From: a bacterium
Lineage (GTDB): Bacteria > RBG-13-61-14 > DATKZS01
Assembly (NCBI GenBank): GCA_963674965.2
Contig: CAXXFL010000003.1
Coordinates: 320,001-384,000 of the forward strand
Direction of reading: 5' to 3'
DNA length: 64,000 nucleotides
In this document: piece by piece, positions 56,473-64,000 of the stretch
Position numbering within the stretch: the stretch's first letter is position 1
Layout of the letters: each line of letters starts with the position of its first letter
Translations under genes and position numbers: made by a program
Notes under the pieces: generated by a model
Told to the model about the DNA's origin: nothing
Databases searched by the model: none
The model's input: only the letters and a program-made list of their open reading frames with translations

Positions 56473-57876
56473 ATGCGGATTTCCCTCATATTTCCCCGAG
56501 ACAAGAAGCAGGTCCACGGCATGTGGCCGCCCCTGGGAATCATCGCGCTTGGAACGCTTCTTCGCGACCTGGGACATGACGTCCGCTGTCACGACACCAG
56601 CTTCGACCCTTCGCCCGAGCGCGTCATAGGCGAGATCGGTCGCTTCAAGCCCGAGGTCGTGGGCGTGTCGTGCCTGACCGACTTCGTGCCCCGGGCCCGG
56701 GTCTTCGCCAAGGCGGCGCGCCAAGGAGGGGCCGTCACCGTGGCGGGCGGACCACACCCGACCATCGACCCGGCCGGACTTCTGAGCGGCGACGACGGAT
56801 TCGACTACGCCGTCATGGGAGAGGGCGAAAAGACCCTGCCCGCGCTGGTCGATATCATCTCCGGCGGGTCCTCCGCGGCCGGGCTCAAGGGCGTGGCCTT
56901 CCGGGAGGGGGGCGAGATAATCGACAACGGACCGCCCGAGCCCATCGAGGACCTGGACGCCTTCCCCATGGCCGACCGCGACCTCCTGGACGTGAACGGA
57001 CAATACCTGCGGGCGCGGGCCATCAACATGCACGCCAGCCGCGGCTGTCCCTTCCGCTGCAAGTTCTGCCAGCCCACCTTGAAGAGGATGTTCGGCGCCA
57101 GGGTCCGGTTCAACGGGCCGGACAGGGTGGCCGAGGAGATCGAGACCTACGGAAAGAAGTACTCGGTCAACGACTTCTTCTTCCACGACGACACCTTCAC
57201 CTTCAAGAAAAGCTGGCTCGGGGCGCTGGTGGAAAAGCTGGGCGAGCGGGACCTCGTCAAGGACTACCGCTACGTGGTGAACTCGAGGGTTGACACCTTC
57301 GACGAGGAAAGGGCCCAGATGCTCAAGGCCATGGGCGTGTATTACGTCCTCTTCGGCATCGAGACGGGGGCCCAGTCCATCCTGGACTCGATCGACAAGG
57401 GCACGACCATCGAGCAGGCGAGGGAGGCCTTCCGGATTTGCCGGAAATACGGTTTCAGGACCCACGCCTATATCCTGCTCGGCTCTCCAAGCGAGACTCG
57501 GGAAACCCTGCGCGCCACCGAGAACTTCGTCAAGGAGCTTAAACCCAACACGGTCCACGTCTCCATCTACACCCCCCTCCTCGGCACTTACCTGGCCGAC
57601 GAGTGCGAGAGGGAGGGGAAGATCACCCTGAAGGGCTATTCCGATTTCGACTATTACCTCAAGAAGACCAGCTCCGGTGACCCTCCCATCAAGATACCCG
57701 GCCTGACCTACCAGGACCTGCTCGACTCGAGGGCGAGGATACTGGGGGACAGGAAATGGATGGTCATGGCCGACAACGCCAGGGAGTTGATCCATGACCT
57801 CACTCGAGACCCCAGCCTGGACAAGCTTATCTTCAGGTACCAGTTCTACAAGCGGATGAAGCATTACTTCGGCTGA
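56473..57876 (+). CDS. B12-binding domain radical SAM protein
   Basis: WPPLG, VAGGPHPT, GEGE, SRGCPFRCKFC (CX3CX2C), DDTFT, GIETG, TPLLGT. Confidence 0.93.
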   Translation: MRISLIFPRDKKQVHGMWPPLGIIALGTLLRDLGHDVRCHDTSFDPSPERVIGEIGRFKPEVVGVSCLTDFVPRARVFAKAARQGGAVTVAGGPHPTIDPAGLLSGDDGFDYAVMGEGEKTLPALVDIISGGSSAAGLKGVAFREGGEIIDNGPPEPIEDLDAFPMADRDLLDVNGQYLRARAINMHASRGCPFRCKFCQPTLKRMFGARVRFNGPDRVAEEIETYGKKYSVNDFFFHDDTFTFKKSWLGALVEKLGERDLVKDYRYVVNSRVDTFDEERAQMLKAMGVYYVLFGIETGAQSILDSIDKGTTIEQAREAFRICRKYGFRTHAYILLGSPSETRETLRATENFVKELKPNTVHVSIYTPLLGTYLADECEREGKITLKGYSDFDYYLKKTSSGDPPIKIPGLTYQDLLDSRARILGDRKWMVMADNARELIHDLTRDPSLDKLIFRYQFYKRMKHYFG

Positions 57877-57954
57877 GCGAGCGGAGGAAGCCCCAAGGCC
57901 CCTCCCGAGTCAGTCGGGGAAAGCGTTTATCGCCTCGTAAAATTGAATCGTTAT

Positions 57955-58749
57955 TTACTCGGGAGGAATAATGGAGACGAGCTCGTGGGACTGGGGCGGA
58001 GACCCTCCCACCGGCCCGAAGGTGCCCTGGAACCTCACCAGCTCGCGCGGCTTTTCCTTTTCCATCCAGAAGACGAAGTCCGGCACGAAGGGCTTGATGA
58101 TGGATGAGGTCCAGGCCCACTTGCCCATGATGGACTTGTAGTCGGGCTTGAGAACTACCTTGTAACAGTCGATCGCGCCCGCCGGGACCTCGACCTTTTC
58201 CTCCGTCTCGACCTCGAGGTACATGTGCCAGGGAAGGGAATCGAAATCGAGCAGGAGGTTTATATCATGCTCGGCTCCCACGAAAAGGTCCATCTTGCGC
58301 ATGGCCGTGGTGATGGTATAGACGTGGCAGAGGACGTCCGGGTAATCGAACATGGGGTCCTGGTAGTCGGTCCAGAAATACCTCACCTCCTTGCCCGAGC
58401 GGCTCACGGTCTTTTTCTCGAGCCGGAGAAGACCCATGTTCGAGCGCTTCACGTAAATCTTCCATATATGCTTGTCGCCCTCCGAGGTGTACTCGGTCCG
58501 CTCCTGAAGATATACGTCCTGGCCGTCGAGCTCGGCCGGAGAAAGGCGGCTGGTGTAGTGGGTCACGTTCTCGATCGAGGCGTTGATCTTGATCGAGTCG
58601 CCGCTTTTCTTCTCCAGGTACACGATCCTGTACTCCCGGGTCTCACCGCTCGCGACCTCATCCCCCGCCCGGGCCGGACCATAAGAAAACGCCGCCAGAA
58701 TAATCGCCGACCATAAGATCGCCCCGAGTGAATGTCCTTTGCCCGCCAT
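57955..58749 (-). CDS. Hypothetical exported protein (DUF3108-like beta-rich)
   Basis: GGAGG SD, signal peptide; 'EKVEVPAGAIDCYKV' motif. Confidence 0.7.
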   Translation of the reverse strand: MAGKGHSLGAILWSAIILAAFSYGPARAGDEVASGETREYRIVYLEKKSGDSIKINASIENVTHYTSRLSPAELDGQDVYLQERTEYTSEGDKHIWKIYVKRSNMGLLRLEKKTVSRSGKEVRYFWTDYQDPMFDYPDVLCHVYTITTAMRKMDLFVGAEHDINLLLDFDSLPWHMYLEVETEEKVEVPAGAIDCYKVVLKPDYKSIMGKWAWTSSIIKPFVPDFVFWMEKEKPRELVRFQGTFGPVGGSPPQSHELVSIIPPE

Positions 58750-58988
58750 CTCGCGCCCTCCATTATTTCATAAGCGTTTTCGTCAAAACCGCGTCCAGCT
58801 ATTTAGGGACGTTTCTTGAGTTTGTTCTCCCGGCTGGCTTCGGCCTCATGGAGCGCGGCCGCGTCGATAGGAAAGCTTCCAATTAACTTAGACGATAGCA
58901 TGGGAGATAACGCTCAAGCCAAAATTTCTTCCCCGCTCCGCGGGGGGCGAACCTTGCCGGGCGTCGGCAATCCAGGTCGCCGCTGGTC

Positions 58989-59075
58989 CGGCCCGTTCAG
59001 GGCCGAAGAATATTTTGCCAATCATTACCGTGGGCCAAGGCCTACGGCTACTCGAATTTTCCCCCTTCGGGGGGA
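58989..59075 (-). repeat. REP-like multi-hairpin element, copy B
   Basis: Minus strand CCCCC-CGAA-GGGGG..TAG-CCGTAGGC-CTTG-GCCCACGG-TAATGA..CAAAA..TTCGGCCCTGAACGGGCC. Confidence 0.55.
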
Positions 59076-59357
59076 GGCGGCCGCGTCCATTTCAGCGGCG
59101 TCCCAGTAAATCCGCGCGAGTTGGCGACGATTGATTTTCACTTCGAGCGGCGGACAACTTGCCGGATGAAAAAAGGAACCAAGAGTGAAACGGTCAAAAT
59201 TAGAGGAAGTTCCGGTGGAAAAAGAGCCGATGGCGGGAAGCCTCGGCCGGAGGCTAACGGGACGGCCATGACCGATGCCTTGACGGCGAAGGCGTTGGAT
59301 TCTATCCTGGCGATCGGCTACTATATCTTTTTAACTCGGCACGGGAAAACAATCTCC

Positions 59358-60317
59358 ATGAGCATGAAGGAAATAACCTCTCGTCTGGCTTTATCGCTTC
59401 TCGTCGCGGCCGTTCTTACCGGGGACCCGCTTGGGACCGCCTTGGCCCAGTCCTCAGGGGAGGGCCAAACGGCGGGTGACTCGATAACGGCCCCGCCGGA
59501 TAACCGGGAAGAGAGCGACGCGATCTGGCGGGAGCGGCGGGCCCGGGAGTTCGAGCTTAAAGAGTACAAGGGAAAGATCGAGACCGACGAGCTCTTCGCC
59601 TTCATCCAGGACGACGAGGGCAAGACGGCCCTTCACCGCGAGGCCGAGAACGGCGACCTGGACAAGGTCCGCCTCCTCCTGGAGGCCAACGTCAAGGTGA
59701 ACGCCCAGGATAACAAGGGCCGCACTCCTCTTCACCTCGCGGCCTTAAGCGGTCACGCGGAGATCGTGAAGGAACTCCTGGCCCATGGCGCCATGAACAA
59801 GATGGTCGATAAAGAGAAGAACTCGGCGCTCCATCTCGCGGCCATGCAAGGCGGCCTCGAGTCGATCGAGTCCCTGCTGTTTTACGGCGCCGACGTCAAC
59901 CTGCCCAACTTGTATGGGGAGACGCCGTTGGTCATGGCCCAGGCCAACGGGCACGAGGCGGCGGCGGCTTACCTCGAGGAGAAGGGCGGCAAGGAAAAGG
60001 TGGTGGACTACACGCGCCGGGACGCCCTTTGGCGCATGATGCTTCACGACCTGAAAAGCCCGGGCGGACTTCTTCTCATCGGCCTGGTGGCGGCCGTGGT
60101 AATCGTCTGGCCCATGGCCTTCATCGGCTTTATCCTGGAGCAGGTCAGATACCGGGGCAATTATTACAAGACGCCCGAGGACGTGAAAAAGAAGTTCCCC
60201 CGCGCGATCACCCTCTGGACCCTGCCCCTGGCCCCGCTTCGCATCTATCTCGTTTATCGCGTTGGCCAGGACGCGAAAAAGAAGGGCGGCGCCAGCGGCG
60301 GGCCGGATTCCGTCTAA
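59358..60317 (+). CDS. Ankyrin-repeat membrane protein
   Basis: Signal peptide, four ankyrin repeats (GKTALH, GRTPLH, NSALH, GETPL), C-terminal TM segments; start uncertain. Confidence 0.85.
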   Translation: MSMKEITSRLALSLLVAAVLTGDPLGTALAQSSGEGQTAGDSITAPPDNREESDAIWRERRAREFELKEYKGKIETDELFAFIQDDEGKTALHREAENGDLDKVRLLLEANVKVNAQDNKGRTPLHLAALSGHAEIVKELLAHGAMNKMVDKEKNSALHLAAMQGGLESIESLLFYGADVNLPNLYGETPLVMAQANGHEAAAAYLEEKGGKEKVVDYTRRDALWRMMLHDLKSPGGLLLIGLVAAVVIVWPMAFIGFILEQVRYRGNYYKTPEDVKKKFPRAITLWTLPLAPLRIYLVYRVGQDAKKKGGASGGPDSV

Positions 60318-61393
60318 ATCTTTTTTGGGACCTTTCCGAAGAACCCGTATAGACTTTCGATCTCGCGCCGGGTGAATCCCTTTTCCGTAAGGGGCGCCTC
60401 GAGGTCGGCCTCCGGCTCGATCAGCCGGACCATGAAAAAGGACGCGCCGGGAGGCTCCGGATTGACGCGGAAACCATCCGAGGCGGCCGAGACCAACGCC
60501 GTCCTGCCCTCCTCGATGGGCTCGACCTCACCCGCTGCCGTAACCAGGGCCCGGCCGCCAAGGCCGGTCAAGAGCGTAAAACTCGAGCCCGGCCTTAGGC
60601 TCTCCTCATATTCTCCGCGAAGGTCCAGGCGGGCGCCGGCGAAGCTCTCCGCCGCGAAAAGCAAAGTGACGAAGTTCGGACCGTCCACGTACCCGAGACC
60701 GTTAATAAACAGCCGGGACGGGGCTATGGACACGGTGATGATCCCCTTTACCCCCACCTTCTCGATACCGGCGTCGGCCAGGGGGGCCCCCTGGTGGTGC
60801 GCGCCGCATATCACGGCCAGGACGCCCTTATCCATGGCCAGGGGCATGCCGGCGGGCGCGGAGAAAACCTGGCCGGGCTCGGCCTTGAACTCCTGGAGCA
60901 GTCCGGGGTCCGGTCCTTTTCTCAGGCTCGAGAGGAACTCTTCCTCCCCCAGGTCCCGCCTGCGTCCGTAATATATTTTCGCGCCCGCCCTCGCCTCGAG
61001 CACGTAGACCATGGACTTGACCAGGGACAGGCCCTTTTTATCGTCTCCCTCCCCGGGAGGGTTCATCAGGATCGGCGCGTCCTTGCCCGAGAACGTCACC
61101 ACCCGCGAATCGAAGGAAAGGCCCGCCCTGGCGAGGTCCGACGCGAGCGAGCCGAAGAGGGCGTCGCGAGCTTCCCGGTCCAGGTCCGCCAGGTTCACGC
61201 CCGCCTCGAGGCCATCGGCCGCGGACGTTCCGGCGGAGGCCTCGGTCGAGAACTCGAGGCTGGCCCAGGCCGACGGCGGCGCGTCCGCCCTCCTCTTAAG
61301 GCGCTCGGCCAAGAGGGGTCCACCGCCCCTGCCCGCCAGGTAGCGCGGCGCGAGCGTCATGAGGGCCGGCGTTTTACTTTTCTCGTCGTTCAT
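60314..61393 (-). CDS. Class I mannose-6-phosphate-isomerase-like cupin protein, apparently lacking metal ligands
   Basis: KSMVYVLEARAGAKIYYG, PGQVFSAPAG..A, SFTLLTGLGG, GRTALVSA follow the ManA/GmuF layout. Confidence 0.6.
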   Translation of the reverse strand: MNDEKSKTPALMTLAPRYLAGRGGGPLLAERLKRRADAPPSAWASLEFSTEASAGTSAADGLEAGVNLADLDREARDALFGSLASDLARAGLSFDSRVVTFSGKDAPILMNPPGEGDDKKGLSLVKSMVYVLEARAGAKIYYGRRRDLGEEEFLSSLRKGPDPGLLQEFKAEPGQVFSAPAGMPLAMDKGVLAVICGAHHQGAPLADAGIEKVGVKGIITVSIAPSRLFINGLGYVDGPNFVTLLFAAESFAGARLDLRGEYEESLRPGSSFTLLTGLGGRALVTAAGEVEPIEEGRTALVSAASDGFRVNPEPPGASFFMVRLIEPEADLEAPLTEKGFTRREIESLYGFFGKVPKKI

Positions 61394-61475
61394 GACCGTC
61401 CTATTTTACCAGATTCGCCGGGCCGTTCATTTCCCGGCTCTGGCCTGGAGTCGTGAAGAGAGTTAGAATGCCCTT

Positions 61476-61730
61476 ATGAAGATCGACGAATACGATGAAG
61501 AGGTGGTCCGCTGTCCCCGCATCGGGGACTTCGTGCCCTTCAAGTATTGCAGGACCTCGGGAAATCCCTTTTGCTGGGTATTGCTTCAATGCTGGGCCCC
61601 CAAGATCGACGTGGGTCAGTTCCTGGCCGACAATTACTCGGCCGAGACGATCCAGCAAGGCCTGAAAAGGCCGGAGGGCGGCCGGGTAAAAAAGATGATC
61701 GAGGTCACCGAGCAATATAAAAACGACTAA
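61476..61730 (+). CDS. Small Cys-containing hypothetical protein
   Basis: 84 aa; RCPRIG..VPFKYCR....FC....CW. Confidence 0.7.
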   Translation: MKIDEYDEEVVRCPRIGDFVPFKYCRTSGNPFCWVLLQCWAPKIDVGQFLADNYSAETIQQGLKRPEGGRVKKMIEVTEQYKND

Positions 61731-61734
61731 GACC

Positions 61735-62715
61735 TCACTTCGCGGGCAGCCTTTCGATCACGCCGGCTTTCTCGAGGGTCTCAATGAGGTTCCGGGCGAT
61801 CCTTTCGTATCCCGGGCCCTTCGGGTGCATGTCGGGGAGGAAGAGCCGGTTCCTGGCCTCGAGGTCCACCTTGCCCTGGGCGTCCTTGAAATCCCGCCCC
61901 AGCGCCGCGTCATTGTCGCCAAGGGCCGTCTTCATCTCGGAGGCCACTTCCCGAAGCAGCCGGTTGGGAGTGGCAAAGGGATAGTCGGGCTCGGTCACGT
62001 AGGTCATGAGCACGGGCTCGGCGTGATGGGCGCGGCAGAGGGCCACGATGGCGACCAGGTCCCGCTTGGCTCGGCTATAAGTCGCCTCGGCCGGCTCGAG
62101 GTCCCAGGACTCCTCCCTTTTGTGGATGACGGTCCGGCCGCTCCTGTCCCTCGCGGTCTCCTCGGGAGGGGCCGTCCAATCCAGCCGGTGGGCCAGCACC
62201 GACGCGGCCTTGATAAGCTTCACTCGAGTGGTCAAGAAATCCGCCGCCCTCTTTCCCGGTCCCACCTCGAGGCCGTCCGCGGCGTCGGACCAGGACTGGT
62301 CCCGCCGGTTCCAGCCGTTGTTAACGCCGGCCAGCACTATCACGGCCGCGGGCTTATAGGCCTCGAGGTTCGACTCGAGTCCCCTCCTGATCTGGGAGGT
62401 GTTCACGCCCGGGGCGCCCAGGTTGACCACGTTGACGCGGCGTCCCCTTTGCCGGATCATTCGCTCGAGCTGATAAGGATAGGTCTCGTCCGGTCCCACG
62501 CCCGCGCCGTAGGTGTGGCTGTCTCCCAGACAGAGGATGGCGGGAGCGCCGGGGTCGGCAAGGTTGTCCGCGTTTCTTCGCCCGGCCAGGACCGCCCCCG
62601 CCTGGAGGACGCCCTCCACGCCGACCAGGAGAATGGACAAGGCGAAAAGGACGCGGAGTATCCGCCGGCCCGGCGTCCCGGCGCCCTTCCCTTTTTCGGT
62701 CTTTTTATTCTTCAT
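61735..62715 (-). CDS. SGNH/GDSL hydrolase with N-terminal TM
   Basis: CLGDSHTYG, NLGAPG, GVNN, DMHP..GY..IA. Start set to MKNKK. Confidence 0.88.
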   Translation of the reverse strand: MKNKKTEKGKGAGTPGRRILRVLFALSILLVGVEGVLQAGAVLAGRRNADNLADPGAPAILCLGDSHTYGAGVGPDETYPYQLERMIRQRGRRVNVVNLGAPGVNTSQIRRGLESNLEAYKPAAVIVLAGVNNGWNRRDQSWSDAADGLEVGPGKRAADFLTTRVKLIKAASVLAHRLDWTAPPEETARDRSGRTVIHKREESWDLEPAEATYSRAKRDLVAIVALCRAHHAEPVLMTYVTEPDYPFATPNRLLREVASEMKTALGDNDAALGRDFKDAQGKVDLEARNRLFLPDMHPKGPGYERIARNLIETLEKAGVIERLPAK

Positions 62716-63259
62716 CGCCGGAAAGCCCGAGGCGGCCGCCCTTTGCCAGCCATTCCTTGTAATGGCGCCACTCCTGCTCGAAGTTGCGAGTAAAGACGCC
62801 GGAGCCAAGCTTGTTCTCGATTTCCCCGGGGTCCCAGTCGGCCACGCTCTCGATCTCGAGGGGATTGGGAGTAACGGGCCCGTCGTGGATCAGGCCGTAG
62901 GTTCGGAGGTCCTCGCTCTCTCTTCCGGAGCGGTACTTGTAGTCGTACATGTATTGGAGCGCCAGGCCCTCGAGCCCGAGTTCCTCTTTGGTCTCGCGCA
63001 GGGCGGCCTCGAGTCGGCCCTCCCCGGCGTCCACGTGGCCCCCGACTGAGGAGTCCCATTTCCCCGGCGCCACGTCCTTTTGCATGGACCGCTTCTGCAT
63101 GAGCAGCCGGCCGTCGCTCCTGAAGACCAGAACGTGGACGGCCCGGTGGATGAGGGAGGGGTCAGCGTGGACCTCGCGCCTGGTGGCCCGGCCCACCCTG
63201 TTGCCGTCCTCATCGTAAACGTCGAAGACCTCGTCCGGGCTCTGGTAGTCCTTTTCCAT
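62705..63259 (-). CDS. NUDIX hydrolase (YfcD / IDI-1-like)
   Basis: EVFDVYD, HRAVHVLVF, QKRS..KD..PGKWD..GGHV.AGE....ALRETKEELG. Confidence 0.88.
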   Translation of the reverse strand: MEKDYQSPDEVFDVYDEDGNRVGRATRREVHADPSLIHRAVHVLVFRSDGRLLMQKRSMQKDVAPGKWDSSVGGHVDAGEGRLEAALRETKEELGLEGLALQYMYDYKYRSGRESEDLRTYGLIHDGPVTPNPLEIESVADWDPGEIENKLGSGVFTRNFEQEWRHYKEWLAKGGRLGLSGDEE

Positions 63260-63299
63260 CACCACCAAGGTACCAGCGCGGGCCGGAGCTTTCAAAAGA

Positions 63300-63950
63300 C
63301 TAAGCAAAGGGCACGGGCGGGGGCTGGGTTGGATTATATGTCCTCAGGAACTCCTCGACCTGGGCGGTGAAGCGGTCGGCGGCCTTGCGGGTCCCTATTA
63401 TGGTGGCCCCTTCCCTGGCGGCGAGGTTGAAGGACCAGACGCCGGACATGGGCTGGACAAGGTACACGTCCGCGGAGTTGCCGGCCATCCAGTAGGCCCT
63501 CCATCCGATGTTCCGAAAATTGACGCTCTGGATGGCGCTGCGGTGCAAAAGCACGTCCGTGGAGTTACCCCTGAACGCGAGGTACTCGCCGTCGATATAG
63601 AAATGGCCGAAGTCGTCGGCGTCGTCCAGCACTCCTTCCAGGCCCGCGTACCTCCTGGGCGTCAGGGATATCTGGCAGAACACGCCCCTGTCGCCGGGTC
63701 CGTAATCGCGGGCCAGAAGAAGATACCCGCCGAAAAAGGGAAGCACGACAAAGGTCGATAATAGAAGAGCGGTCCCCGTGGCCAGAAGGAAAAGAAGGCC
63801 GGGCAGGGGACTTTCCTTGTCCAGCATGATCAAGCCCAATACCAGGTAACCGATAATCATCAATTGGGGAAACGCGGCTATGACGTTCCCGTAAATCCGC
63901 CATCCCAGGCCGTACCTGGTGGGCGGAGTCAAGATGATCCGGCTTTGCAT
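63300..63950 (-). CDS. Hypothetical membrane protein
   Basis: GGAGG SD; two TM helices then a soluble beta-rich domain. Confidence 0.7.
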   Translation of the reverse strand: MQSRIILTPPTRYGLGWRIYGNVIAAFPQLMIIGYLVLGLIMLDKESPLPGLLFLLATGTALLLSTFVVLPFFGGYLLLARDYGPGDRGVFCQISLTPRRYAGLEGVLDDADDFGHFYIDGEYLAFRGNSTDVLLHRSAIQSVNFRNIGWRAYWMAGNSADVYLVQPMSGVWSFNLAAREGATIIGTRKAADRFTAQVEEFLRTYNPTQPPPVPFA

Positions 63951-64000
63951 ATCACGTCACCTCCCATGTTTGCCTTTGCTCTAGTCAATCATAGAACGCC

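Noticed and set aside
53872-57864. N-terminal ~1330 aa of the 1920-aa minus-strand ORF
   Set aside because: Shadow frame. It lies codon-aligned antisense to two convincing genes (54007-56406, 56473-57876) that share a frame. Rarity of TTA/CTA/TCA codons in GC-rich genes removes antisense stops, and the translation has no motifs. Only 52102-53871 is accepted.
62705-63259. Calling the NUDIX gene idi and proposing a complete mevalonate pathway in the window
   Set aside because: The IDI-1 catalytic Cys motif is not evident (SSVGGH), the HMGS-like domain lacks its Cys, and no mevalonate kinases are present

Overview
GC-rich bacterial chromosomal segment; gene content and style suggest a deltaproteobacterial-type anaerobe (inference). 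It has about 45 CDS and two tRNAs, Leu(CAG) and Pro(CGG). I see no rRNA, CRISPR array, integrase or intact transposase. The most striking block is a tightly coupled operon right after tRNA-Leu (761-16180): a membrane-anchored beta-propeller protein, a VIT-vWA protein resembling inter-alpha-trypsin inhibitor heavy chains, a 2401-aa TPR/helical-repeat protein, a lipoprotein and a Thr-type sulfatase-like enzyme. This is my best candidate for an uncharacterised envelope system. The remainder mixes housekeeping genes (lgt, uxaC, rsmI, aroK, coaBC, a four-subunit 2-oxoacid:ferredoxin oxidoreductase) with envelope/glycan genes (two TMTC-like GT-C/TPR proteins, an MMPL/RND transporter, a B12 radical SAM enzyme, glycosidases, a sulfatase) and signalling genes (MshEN protein, REC-GGDEF cyclase, TPR-Ser/Thr kinase, MerR-TetR fusion). 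Non-coding signals: two dispersed copies of a ~85-bp multi-hairpin REP-like element, TTCA-loop hairpins beside an AT-rich orphan gene, a small gene-decay patch at 50.3-51.2 kb, and apparent strong enrichment of CTCGAG. All calls come from motif recognition by eye; no database searches were run.
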